Of a stretch of 64,000 nt of DNA, positions 50,680-63,200 are shown one piece after another. Location: assembly GCA_030324005.1 (NCBI GenBank), contig JARDVH010000110.1, positions 18,042,867 through 18,106,866 of the forward strand. The letters are read 5' to 3'. Made by a program: the position numbers and the translations under genes. Within the stretch, counting starts at the first letter, position 1; each line of letters begins with the position of its first letter. A model generated the notes under the pieces. It had not been told where the DNA came from, searched no databases, and was given only the letters and a program-made list of their open reading frames with translations. Source of the DNA: Negaprion brevirostris (lineage: Eukaryota).

Positions 50680-52312
50680 CCAAATTGCATTAAAAGGTAG
50701 ACAAATCCCTGGATGGGATCTATTGCAGGTTACTGCGGGAGGCAAAGGAAGAAATAGCTGGGGTGTTAGCGGATATCTTCACACCTTTGTGACCATAGGC
50801 GAGGTTCCAGACGACAGAAGAATAACCAATGTTGTTCCCTGGTTTAAGAAAGGGAGCAGGGATAGCAGGAAATTATAGACCGGTGACCTGATGTCTGTAG
50901 TGGGGAAGATTTTGGAGAAGATACTGAGGGACAGGATGTATGCACATTTGGAAGAAAATGAACTAGTTAGTGACAGGCAGCATGGTTTTGTAAGGGAACG
51001 TCATGTCTCACCAACTTGATTTCGAGTTTTTTTTGAGGAGGTGACAAAGAAAATTGATGAATGAAGAATGGCTATGACTGTAGTTTATATGGACTTCAGT
51101 AAAGCACTTGACAAGGTCCCACATGACACACTGGTACAAAAACTAAAATCACATTGGGTTCAGAGTGGGTTGGCTAGATGGATACAGAATTGGCTTGGTC
51201 ATAAAAACAGGGCGTACCAGTGGGAGGGTATTTTTCAGAACGGAGATCTGTAGCTAATGGTGTTCTACAGAGATCAGTGCTGGGGCCTTGGTTGTTTATC
51301 GTATATATAAATGTTCTGCAGGAAAATGTAGGTGATCTGATTAGTAAGTTTGCAGATGGAACAAAAATTAGTGGAGTTGCTGACAGTGCTGGGGATTCAA
51401 AATGTGGAGATGCCGGCATTGGACTGGGGTAAACACAGTATTATTTGAATAGACTAGTTGGACTTTAACCTGGTGTTGAGAGACTCCTTACAGTGCTGGG
51501 GCTTGCCAGAGGATACAACAGGGTAGAAGCAGATTGAAGACTTGGGCACAGAAATGGTAGATGGAGTTTAATCCAGACAAATGCAAAGTAATACATTTTG
51601 GAGGATCAAATTTAGGTGTGAATTATATAATAAATGGCAGAACCCTTAGGAACATTAACATATAGAGGGATCTGGGCGTGCAGGTCCCCAGTTCCCTAAA
51701 AGTGACTACGCGCGAGGCCAAGGTGATTAAGAAGGCGTATGCCATGCTTGCCTCATCAGCTGCAGCACTGAGTACTGGAGTTGTTGAATCATGTTGCAAC
51801 TATTGGTTAGGCCACATTTGGAGTATTACATGAAGTTCTGGTTGCCACACTGCCAGAAGGACGTGGAGGCTTTGGAGAGAGTGCAAGGAAGGTTCACCAG
51901 GATGCTGACTTTGAGGAGAGGTTGAATAAACTAGGAATTTTTTTCACTGGAAAGATGGAGGCTGATGGGAGACCTGATAAGAGGGCTACAAAATTATGAG
52001 AGGCGTAGACAGGATGGATAGTCAGCAACTTTTTCCCAGGGTGGAAGTATCAATTGCAAGGGGGCACAGGTCCAAGGTGAGAGGGGGAAGTTTAAGGGAG
52101 ATGTGCGGGGAAAGTGCTGCCAGTGGTGGTGGTGGTGGAAGAAGAACATTAACAACATTTAAGAGGCATCTGAATGGGTGTATGAATAGGGAGGGAGCAG
52201 AGGGATATGGACCAAGTAAGGGGAGGTGGTATTCTTTAGATAGGGCATAATGATCAGCATGGGCTTGGAGGGCCAAAGGGCCTGTTCACACACGGCACTT
52301 TTCATTGTTCTT
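50680..52312 (+). mobile_element. CR1 LINE, ~1.6 kb RT region and 3' end
   Basis: LKVDKS.G, NVVP.FKKG, QHGF, VVYMDFSKALDKVPH, WIQNWL, ISKFADGTKI, LERVQ.RFTRML. Confidence 0.92.
51395..51489. mobile_element. Short Penelope-type insertion in CR1 with a 12 bp duplication
   Basis: Flanked by ACAGTGCTGGGG at 51383-51394 and 51490-51501; shares GTTGGACTTTAACCTGG.GTTG.GAGACT.CTTAC with 54420-54455. Confidence 0.75.
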
Positions 52313-54019
52313 TGTGTTTTTGCGAGCAAGCTCTATGCCTTGCCTGTCAAACAGCTTTTTTCAGTCCTGTATAATTCAACAGTCCCCTACTTCAACTTAG
52401 CATTAGCTTCAGTTTGAAGCTTTGTACACTAAACAATTTGATTTTCTCTTGGAGTTAGAATTTTTAAAAAATCAACTAAAATAAAATCTTACTTTTAGCT
52501 TAACTTTCACACTTCATAATAAAACTTTATTCCACCCCCATACAGCTACAATACAATAGAAGACATTTTTAAAAAATCGTGGGGCAGGGCAAAGAGGGTG
52601 CAGTTTGAGAAGGAATGATATCAAGTAAAAAAAAAATCAGGTTAGTATCAGCAGCCAGGAATGCAATATCTTTTAAACAAGGTGCATTTAGTTCCAAGTT
52701 ATTTAAACATGGCACATAGCTCATCACATGCGAACAACAATATAGGTGGAATTGTGCTCTCAACATCTACATGGACAGAAACCACCTTCTCATTAATAGA
52801 GTTTTGAATATACCATCATTGTGAGGCAAAGATTACATGGAATTGACTCTCATACAACAAAATGGTTCAGAAGTGAGTTTCGATTCAGAAGACTTGAGTC
52901 TGCTGGTTTGTGGATAACCTGGTGAAGCTGATTGCTTTCACACAAGTATTGGAGAGCTGTGGTTTCAGCTTAGTTGACACCATACTGCTGGCTTTTCACG
53001 CTGCAATTCTGGTACCTTACATAATGTACGAGTCAACATTTATGATAATGGAAAAAGTGTGACAAGTAGAATAAGTTCTCTTCTAATTAAGGGAAGTGGG
53101 TGCATGAAGCAGAGGCATTGGCTTCCTGTTTGTAACTTTTAAATATATTTGGCATTATCAGAGGAGGGTGGGTGGAAATAGCATGCAAAGAACCACTTAT
53201 AAAATTAGTTTAAAAAGAGGTTACAAAAATATTCGAAGAATCTATAATGCAGCTGAATGAGAAAGCCTATCACAATTTTTAAATAAGTGTACAATGGCAT
53301 CGACAGTTCCTTTCATAAGAATGAAAATGGTTTTTCCTGCTACTGTTACTCTGAATTGGTAGCGCATGCCATTTACATACCTCACCAAGCACAAAGCCTC
53401 AATGATTAAACTTGCAGGTATGGGTTATCCATATGCAGGCTAGGAGACAAGAGACATTTTCATTTTCTCCTCCAAAAGCATGCCTTGCACTGGGCCAAAT
53501 CAGCAGATTTCCCAGGGACAAGTCATGTTCTCAAATAAGCAAACAAAATTGGCCTAGTACCCCTAGATCCCTCACCTCATGCACTCAAATCTACTATACT
53601 CCTAATTTTGCAAGTAGGCTGCCTTTTTAATATGCATCACCATCTGCACAATTTACATTTGCAGAATCTCCCATTTAATAATAAGGTCTCATGGCGCAGT
53701 AAGCAGCATCCCAGCCTTCGCAAGCTAGAAGCTCCTGGTTTGAGCCCCACCCCGGTACCTGATGGCCAAGGCCGTAACATGGTAAAACAGGTTGAGTGTC
53801 ACCTGCAAATCCTTCCATCACATGCCAATGACAGCAGGTAAGAGCAGGAAAGATTCCTGGCCAGGGATGTGATGGAAGGAAAATAGGGGCTGCAACTATC
53901 ACTACTCACAGTTCCAGACTACAACATGCATGTAAAAATGCATGTTACCACAGCAACTCAGACTCCAAGTGAATGGCAAACTCCACTCAATTAATAACCA
54001 TAAGCTGCTGGTGTGATTC

Positions 54020-54530
54020 TCATCCATCAGCCCTGTGTTTGATGACTTGCAGGTTTCTGGTTAAGCATGTCCTGGTTAAGCAATGTCTTAATTTGAAAAT
54101 TCTTATCTTTGTTTGCAAGTTTCTTCATGCCCTCACCCTTCCCTATCTCTGCAATCACCTCCAGCATTACAAACTTCAGAGACAACGGCACTTCTTCAAT
54201 TCTCACCTCTTAAGCATCCCTGATCTTAATGATGCTTCAGCTGCCAAGATCCATTGTCTGCATCTTTAAGACTAGACTGGTTGTAAAGACTCACATTCTA
54301 AGCAGTACTCTGTAAACTAAGTGTGTGCCTTTATGTGCCGTTTGTGATCAGGACTCTCCACTCACCTGACAAAGGGGCAAAGCCCCGAAAGCAAGTGACG
54401 TTTGCTACCAAATAAACCTGTTGGACTTTAACCTGGCGTTGTGAGACTTCTTACTAAGATCCAGAATTCCCTCCCTAAACTCTTTAAGCCAGTCATTAAA
54501 GCCTACATCTTTGACCAAGCTTTTGATTAT
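54020..54530 (+). mobile_element. L2-type LINE 3' end interrupted by a Penelope-type insertion
   Basis: CCCTATCTCTGCAATCACCTCCAGC...GAATTCCCTCCCTAAAC...CTTTGACCAAGCTTTTG. Confidence 0.7.
54254..54455 (+). mobile_element. Penelope-like terminal repeat with a minimal hammerhead-like motif
   Basis: CTGACAAAGGGGCAAAGCCCCGAAAG at 54366-54391; 8 bp duplication AAGATCCA at 54246-54253 and 54456-54463. Confidence 0.75.
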
Positions 54531-54544
54531 ATAAAGGGAAGAAA

Positions 54545-54978
54545 GGGAAGTCTTACATTAAATACCACTTTTCAGAATCACTAAACATCTCAGTGCTTTA
54601 CAGTACTTCTTGATGTGTAATCACCACTGTAATGCAGAAAATACATTCCCATAGTGATGTAATGACCATTTGGCGGAGGGGGAGGTTCCAAATGGCCTAC
54701 TCCTGTTAACACCTAATAAGATAATCTGTTTTAGTGATTTTGATTGAGGGATATATATTGTCCAGGGCAATGGTGATAACTCGCCTGCTTTTTCAATATA
54801 GTGCCACGGGTTCTTCTATAGTCACTGCAGCAAGCGGATGGGAGCTGTGGCTCAATGTCTTGTCTGAAAAATGTAACTTCCAGCATCAGCCTTGGTTTTT
54901 GAGTTTGAGTCTTGGAAAGGGATTGGAACTCAGACCTACTGACTCAGAGGAGAGTGCTACCAACAGAGTAGCAGCTGA
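54545..54978 (-). mobile_element. DeuSINE (SacSINE1-like)
   Basis: Reverse tail AGTGCTTTACAG..TACTTCTTGA.GTGTAATCAC.ACTGTAATG and reverse head CTGACTCAGAGGAGAGTGCTACCAACAGAG. Confidence 0.6.
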
Positions 54979-55345
54979 CAAATCACTGGTTCTATTATTT
55001 CCTTACATGGCTTGATACATTTTGTTTGATAATGCTCCTACGAAGTGCATTGGGACGCTTGTGATTTTAAGCATGCTATATAAATACAAGTTGTTGAGAA
55101 TTGGGATCTTAATCATTAATTGCATTTTAAAAGAATGAATTCTTCAGAATGTGGCAATGTCAGTATTAACTGCCTTTTCTTAATGATCTCTGAGAAGATG
55201 AAAAGATTCAGAAACTCCTGCAACTCATTGATGAGGAAACACCTATTTATACAGCTGTTAACTAGGGAGTTCAGGATTTTGACCCAACGCCGATGAAGGA
55301 CCAGGAATAGATACCCAAGTTGGATTGATGATGATTTGGAGAAAT

Positions 55346-55687
55346 TACAGAAACCTTAAAGTGCAGAAAGAGGCCATTTGGCCCATCAAGTCTGCACCGA
55401 CCACAATCCCATCCAGGCCCTACCCCCATATCTCTACATACTTACGCACTAATCCCTCTAATCTACGCCCCTCAGGACACTAAGGGCATTTTTTTTAAGC
55501 ATGGCCAGTCAACCTAACCCGCACATCTTTGGACTGTGGGAGGAAACCAGAGCACCTGGAGGAAACCCACGCAGACACAAGGAGAAAGTGCAAATTCCAC
55601 ACAGTCAGTGACCCAAGCCAGGAATCAAACCCCGGTCCCCGGAGCTGTGAAGCAGCAGTGCTAACCATTGTGCTACCATGCCACCCT
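55346..55687 (-). mobile_element. HE1 V-SINE, full length, nested in an older LINE fragment
   Basis: Reverse complement of the full HE1 structure; the host LINE sequence resumes at ~55690. Confidence 0.9.
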
Positions 55688-56069
55688 AAACTTGGGAGGT
55701 GATAGTCTTCCCATGCACCAGCTGCCCTTATGCTTCCCTCGATGATGCTGTTTTTCTAATAAAATGAATTGCAAGTTGTAATAGCTCCCCTACATAAACT
55801 GCCTGAACTTCCTGTAACGTACAGAACAGTACAAGCCAAATTAAAGCAGGAACCCTGCAGCATGTTACACAAATAAAGCGTCCATGGTAACATTTTATAT
55901 AACCTTACAAAAAATAATGGTCCAAGTCAGGACATGTTGTGTATTGTACAACAGTTCAAAGCTTTTATTGAGCACTAATCCGTTCAGTAGCTGAATAAGG
56001 CTGTGGACAGGGCTGGCGGAGGAACAGTTTTTGGAGTTACACGTCAGAGGAGTCAGGCAGCACGGTCTT

Positions 56070-56172
56070 GATCAGAAACAGGAAACGCTGGAAAATCTTA
56101 GCAGGTCTGACAGCACCTGTGGAGAGAGAATAGAACCAATGTTTCGAGTTGGGATGAGCCTTCGACAGAAGA
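56070..56172 (-). mobile_element. Penelope-type short element
   Basis: Minus strand reads CTGTCGAAGGCTCATCCCAACTCGAAAC...CTCTCTCCACAGGTGCTGTCAGACCTGCTAAG. Confidence 0.65.
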
Positions 56173-57974
56173 TCATCNNNNNNNNNNNNNNNNNNNNNNN
56201 NNNNNNNNNNNNNNNNNNNNNNNNNNNNNNNNNNNNNNNNNNNNNNNNNNNNNNNNNNNNNNNNNNNNNNNNNNNNNNNNNNNNNNNNNNNNNNNNNNNN
56301 NNNNNNNNNNNNNNNNNNNNNNNGTGCAAGTTAAAACTGGCTGTATGATTATTGAGCCAGCCCTAGCATCACTATGAATACCATAAAACCAAACACGACG
56401 AAACAAGTCATATAGTACAGGATATCCATCACAACACCACAGCATCCTCATTTCCGTACCCATGCATCACACAAGCTACTTCGGAGGACTTGTTTGTTGT
56501 TCTAAGAGGAAATTAATTGTAATTGCAGCGCTAACTGATTCAGGTCCTCAAGAGCTCTTGCAGAAGCTTCATGGCTTAATTTTGTGACTTAACGGTGCCA
56601 GTATCTTGAAAAACACCAAGGCCACACTTTGTTATACATTATCTGCAAAGAATTTTGTTTCTTTTTAAATAATAGGTTTCAAATGGTAATTTAGAGATTT
56701 ATAAAGCTAATCTGTGGTAATCTCAAATTCTGTAAATGCAGTCACTGGTGTACTTAGACATGTTGCTAGACTTGGCTTAAAAAAACTTCTTCATCACAAA
56801 CATGCTGCTTATTATGGTTTTGTACTGGTCCAAGGTAATCTTTATATAGAATATTCTCCTGCAAACAAAAACCACATGAGCATCACATTACAGCACCAAT
56901 TGAAAGTGCAGATTCAACGGAAGTAAGTGACTTCACAACCTAAGGAAACAACCACTGACTACAATACTCAGAATTAATGGGCTCAATTCTAAAGTCCAGA
57001 ATACACTTTGACTTGTGAAAGTGACTTTCAGCTCACTTTCTAAGCAATGGGTCGAATTTTGAGATTTAGATCAACAGTAACAGCTCCAGCAGCAATCCAG
57101 GAGGTCCTCCACTGGGTACATCTCCTAATCCCAACATCACTCCGTCAGCTAGTACCCACTGCTTCCTCCCTTTTAGCTAATTTCATATTCACCTCATAAA
57201 TTAAAACTGAGGATGCACACTGTTTTGAGCACGTATATAGCCGCATCCTTTTCAGATGGAACTCTACCAGAAGCTTTCTGAAATTCAAGGCATATTTTAC
57301 TTCATAGTTTCCCAGCATCCACCTGGCACTTCCTGCCAAGGTAGAACAGGTGCAGCGAAATTTTGTACCCCATTTGGGAACAGAAGAGATTAAAAAAAGA
57401 GGGAAGAAATGAAAGCATAATGAAAAGGTTACTTCAGGCTCTAAACTTCCTGTAACATCTTGGAAGATCTACTTATCAAACTCTATTTTAGTATTCAAAT
57501 TCTTGAAGCACTTTAGGCAGGCTGGTGTGAAGCACTGATTGAGTTAGTTTGTTACCACCTTTCCTATTACAGAGCTAAAAACTAACACCAGCACTTGGCC
57601 AGGATTAATTATGGAGGGATAGGAGATGGGCTGTTAAATCCATTTCACATCCTTACTTTACCAATTTAGATGCACAAAGTCTTTTCTGAAGGCAGTTTAC
57701 AAAATGCATTATGTTTAGCGCAGTCAGTGAATCGATAATGTTTAAAAACTCCAGAAACCATAAAGATCAGAAGTTGTTGAGAAGCATGATGACACCGAAG
57801 TTTGGCTTTGCCTTTACTGATNNNNNNNNNNGGCGGGGGGGGGGGGGGGGACGCATTTTCATGTTTAAATTTAGGCTTGAACCCAGATCCTTACCTCCCA
57901 ATGTGAAACAACTCACATTGTGTTGTTTTCCTGTGGACTAAGAGATCAATTGGTTCCTACACATTAGCACATAC

Positions 57975-58764
57975 CTGATTCATTTTGAAGAAGTCCAAGG
58001 TAGGCCTTGTCCATCGGACATCCTCATCATGCCTCCGTTTTATACCACACTTGCGTTCGTTTAAGTCGCAGGGCTGGGAATGACTCCGCAACAGGCCCTG
58101 CTGCCGCCGGTTCATCTCTGGAGTGGAGGAGGGTGTGCTTTTGGCTGACAGCAGACATCTTGTTGCCTCGCGAATGTGCACTGGTGAGAGTGAGAAGCGC
58201 CTTTGAGGGACAAATGTGCACTGCTCGGGCAAAATGCACTGCACGCCCAAAAAAGTTCTCTCGCCGATATCTGCGGAATGGTTGTTGGGTGACAGCATCC
58301 ATGGCAATGGGGATTCAGGAGATGTTGTGAGACTGGAAAATGTGAAACTGCTGGTGTTTGAGTAATGGCCGGAGTTGGGAAGTTGCTGGAGGCCAAGGCT
58401 GGTGGGGCGCTGAGTCGAGTTACTGAGCTGTACAGCTGCATTTCCACCACTGTTGCAGCGCCGTTTGACAGGAGTCCAGACCTTGGAGCCGACTGGTTTC
58501 CACAGAGACCTGCAGCGTGACAGGTCTTCTGGCACAGAGAGTGATCGACAGTGTCTCTTGGTTGGTGGATCTGGCAGCGAGGCAAAACTCTCAGAGAACT
58601 GCAAGTCACTTAAATTCCCCACTGACGTGCTGGTCATGTGACCCATCCACGTTCTTGTTGCCTGACCTGTCCATAAGGATTTGTTCTGACTGGAGGAGTT
58701 GATGCTGCTTAGGTTGTAGCTTGCAAGTGAAGGGAACCCCATATTCACAGGTAATNNNNNNNNN
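57975..58764 (-). CDS. FAM53C: FAM53-family protein (FAM53C-like), large internal coding exon
   Basis: The ORF contains the FAM53 motifs PPTKRHCRSLSVPEDLSR, SKVWTPVKRRC, PQRRFSLSP, STPSSTPE and RSHSQPCDLNERKCGIKRRHDEDVRWTRPTLDFFKMNQ. The donor is CAG|GTATGT at 57975/57974 (phase 0). The acceptor tract TTTTCCATTATACCTTTGCA runs into the 10-N gap at 58756-58765, so the 5' boundary is approximate. VPxDLSR and PQRRFSLSP favour paralog C over A/B. Confidence 0.9.
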
Positions 58765-60229
58765 NTGCAAAGGTATAATGGAAAAGACATTCAGTAACAC
58801 AAATATAGCATTAAAGCATCAACAAAGCATTTCAGCACAGATCTCCTGAAGATACCACTCAATGGGCTAAGGGGTCCATGGTATTGCAAAGATAACCAAG
58901 TCTAATCACGTTATAAGCGAACATCCTTATCGTTGGGCAAAGATCATTGGACAACAATTGGGAGCAGAAGCCAAAGCTAAAATTTACCTTTTCTTGACAC
59001 AGTGACCAACTGTAGCATCTTCGCTAGTATCCCAGCTGAAATGAGCTCACGTAGCTTGGACTAGGAATAGAACCTGGAGCCACCTTGTGTGTTTGACTTA
59101 CCAATTAAAGCCTAGGAGTATGGCTGACAGGACATTTATAGCTTCCTGTGACTGTTACTCCCCTCCCCCTCATATCGCAGATTATCCCAGACTGCCAAGC
59201 AAAGATCAGCTTAGAGGTTAAAATAGCACTAATAAATTGTGCGAAAACAACTTTCTGCATTAAGCTTCAGAGGAATGCATAGGCATTCTTTGTAACTTAC
59301 AGGAAATTAATATGGAAGCCAAGTAGCACTAGGTAGTAAAACTGTTCTTTCACTGAAAAGATGTGCTCATGCAGAAGGGAATTGTGTTTATGAAATTGGC
59401 CAGTGCATTGACTGTGATAACCAAGTAAATAGTAGAAATTGAGTATGGTGATGGGAATGAGTGGCATCACCTGGGAAAGTGGTCACAGTAGGAGGCCACT
59501 ATCAGAGCTCAAGAACACTACACACTAATCACAGATAAGGGATGGGAAATGAACAAATCACAAGAAACATTCAATTCAAATACATCCACCACATTTGGAG
59601 GATTGCAGCATTTGGTGATTGATNNNNNNNNNNGATTGATCCGTTAGTCAGCATATTGAATTTCTATGTTTGGGTTTTTTTGTGGGCTTTGAGTGGACTT
59701 AACTTTCAATCCAAGCAGTTGCAAAGTTCTCTCTATCCCAGTTTACCTACAGAGGAAGTGCATTAAAGCCAGCTGTCGTCCCAGATTAAATTCTCTTGGA
59801 TGCAAAATGGCTGTCATCTTCCAACCCAATCTGCGTGTCTCACAGGTTACCCTTCCATGCTGACTGCCCTTGCTGTCCTGACTAGCCGCCTTGTTTTTCA
59901 GAGTTGCTGATGCATGCAACTCATTGTTGTACATTGGAACATTTACGCTCAGAAACACAGAAGGTTAAAAATAACTGAAATTTATAGGGTGGTGTTCACA
60001 ACATGGTTGCTTCTTCTGTGGCAGTTCCCTGCGCTAGCGACATCATTTCTAGTGAATAAATGAATATATTAGTGCACAGCGCTTACTGTTGCTCCCAAGA
60101 ATCAACATTATTGCATAATATTACCTCTCCTAAATTAAACATCCTCAACACATTCAAGTGCAATATAGATAGTAATCCATAAATAATCAATAAATCAGAT
60201 AGTCATCGTAAGGTCACGGCTTCAATGAT

Positions 60230-63200
60230 TGGTAGGGAATCTCTGGCGTCTTCTTTGCACTGGTTGTAACCTCTAGCATTTTCATTTTTGAAAAAAATCA
60301 TTAGTGGTTAACTTAAATAGTGTCAGCATTGATTGGCCTACAGGTGAGGTGTTCCTTTCCTCATCCATGTCTGTCATTGTCAGGGTTGCAAGATGATTCA
60401 GGTCAGGACTTTGTACAGTTAGACCTGGATTTTCAGCAGTTTCCATTTCCAGCGGCTCGGTTCTTTCTGTCAACAACTGGTCTGCATGCCTCCTCCAATC
60501 GACATCATCTCTGGCTCGGACGGTCTATGGGACAAGTCCAGTCTCTGCAAGGATTATGGCAGGAACCCATTTCTCTCCTGTGGAGTAATTCCTAGTCAAG
60601 TCTCCTTGCCCTTGGTAGACAACACAATGTTTTGCTTTTTCACCATTCTCTGTCCTTATTGTTGCTGTGAAATGATTTATTTCGTTTTCAGCGATTTCAA
60701 CAAATCGATTGCCAAACATAGTTGTCTTTCAGTATAATGCAGGAAAGATTTGTCATTGAATGTGCATATTCCTACATATTAGCAGGAATTGGTCAAGACA
60801 TTTGAACAGTGAACGTTGTTCCCTGGTTGCTTTCAATGTATGTTTCATGGTTTGGGCAAAATGTTCTGCTAGTCTGTTCTTAGCAGAATGGTACGGTGCT
60901 GACTTAATATTTCAAATATCATTCCCCTTTCTAAAAAACTTTGAATTCTTGGGAGACAAATTAAGATTCATTGTTATTTACCAATTGATCGTAGAATCCA
61001 AACCTACTAAAGACTCCTCCTTGCCACTCAAAAGTCTTTTCTGATGAAGTAGATTTCATTATAGCGACTTCTAGCCACTTTGAGTGAGCATCAACCATTA
61101 CGAAGAACAAACGTCCTTCAAAAGGTCCCAGAAATTCTACATGCATGTATTGCCAAGCCTTTGCTGGCCATTTCTAAAGATGCCAAGGGTGGCAGCTTTC
61201 TTACCTTTGCACATGAAGAACACGTTCCAATTTTCTCTTCAATTTCCACTTCCAATCAAGGCCACCAGATAACCACCAACAGCTTCTGACTTTTTCTTTC
61301 ATGCATACAATTCTGCAATGGCCCTCATGCAACTTGTCTAACACTAATCTTCTCAATGGTAGTGGAATAATCAAGAGTCCCCATCCTGACTGTACAGGCA
61401 GCTCCAATTTTCTACAGGAGCATAATTTCAAGTCAGGTGTTACTTCTAACTTCTTACTTTGTAATACCATTCCCATTACTTCTGAGTGCATCAGATCACT
61501 CCAAGTGTTCTTACTTAGTTGTTCAGAGTGACTGGTGTACTGTCTACCAGTTCAAAGTAGAAGATACTTCTGCTTAAGTAGTTTGACAAGCTACTAGCTG
61601 ACAAACTACTTGTTGGTGGTAATCTTGAAAGTCAATCCACATTACACTGTAGATGTGATTGCCGAAACGTGTTGGTATAATTATGTGTAGACAATAGCAA
61701 TACCCATCTCTGCATTCGATTTGCTGCCATGATGTGATTGCCATGTGGGGTCCAAAAATGGTAGTTAATGGGCAATGGTCCACCAACAGTGTGGTTTTCT
61801 TCTGTAAGGATTTATGGAAATTCTTTACTCCAAAGATAAGCTTTCATGCTTTCAATTTTACTTTCAGCCTTGCTTGATGTTCAAGACGCAAAAGTAATGG
61901 GAATGCCATAAGGGGATGCATCATTCACTAACTGTTAGGGTACAGTAGGGACAAAATGCTAATAACTTCAGATTTGAGCTATGCTTCTTTGGCTTGATGA
62001 AAGCATTATTGCATTGAACTGACCGACCACTTCCACTTCCTGTTCAGGCACAAGAGATTATGCAATGGTTATAAAATGGTTGCCAAATTTGAACAAATCT
62101 TTCATTGTGGTTCAATGTTCTGAGGTGCAGATGTCTCTGCAATAGCCTTGACCTCCAAAAGAGATTTGTAAAGACCCGTGGTATTTGGGACATGAACCAA
62201 ATACTCAAATGGAGGATTGGAAAAACTCACTTGTCCTTGTAGTCTCTCAGTTTTTGGTCTTCTAATCTTTGAAGAGTGACATCCAAATGCCGAAGATGTG
62301 CCTCTTCATCTCTTCCAGTGGCCAGGATGCCACCTAGATAACAATGGACTCTGTCCACTCAGGATCTGATCCACTGCCCTTTGAAACTATGCAGGAACAG
62401 CTGTGACACCAAACGGCAATATGTCATGATTGCCAGAAGTTCTTATGACTTCTGGTCTATATTCATCTGTAGGAGAGCTTGGCTTAGGTCAATTTTGCTA
62501 AAATGTTGGCCTCCTGTCAATCCCACAATTGTGTCATTGATGTAGGGTAATGGGTACAGTTCCACACATAATACTGGATTTAGGATGACTTTGAAGTCTT
62601 CACAAATCATTATAGGTCCATCCTTCTTGATGACAGGTATTATTGGTGTAGCGCATTGACTGATGCTGACAGGATCCAAGACCCCTGACTTTCACAAATC
62701 ATTCCAAGTCAACCTCCACTTTTAGCCTGACAGCACAGGGTACCAACCTCACCTTCAAGCATTTTGCTTTAATCTTCAATTTAACTGTGATGTCTTTCAT
62801 ACTCCCCAGCTCTCCATCAAACAGCGTGCTTCTTTACAGTCTCTGCAAAGCCCAATTCATTAATCATCAAGCTGGCTTTGGCCCAATTCAGTCAAATCTC
62901 TTCTAACCACATTTGACCAATTGATGCTGGCTAATTGCCCTTTAGAACATGTTGAGCTAAATCTGCTGTTCGTCCACCAAGTTGCACAGCTACTTCAATG
63001 CAGCCCATCAGTGGAACCACTTCACCTGTTTGTCTTTAACACTATTCTTGCAGCTTTCAAGGAAATATGTTTTTCCTTATGTTTAGTCTATGGCATGAGT
63101 GAGACTGCTGTCTTAGTGTCAACTTCCATCCTTACTGGCTGTCCATCCAGCAATGTTATGTTTACATGTCGTTTTGCCTTTTTTCTTGATTATTTTTGCT

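Larger units (their letters stand above)
12467..57974 (-). other. FAM53C: Last intron of the FAM53C-like gene (~45.5 kb including N gaps)
   Basis: GT...AG ends join two phase-compatible FAM53 exons. I recognised no other FAM53 coding sequence in between. Confidence 0.75.

Noticed and set aside
57832-57850. Poly-G run as a G-quadruplex
   Set aside because: Abuts an N gap, so its length is unreliable.
58007-58702. Overlapping ORFs in other frames and on the opposite strand
   Set aside because: Shadows of the GC-richer FAM53C exon; no recognisable protein.
59743-59958. Minus-strand ORF as a possible upstream FAM53C exon
   Set aside because: No similarity to the FAM53 N-terminus and unconvincing splice sites; the upstream exons probably lie beyond the window.
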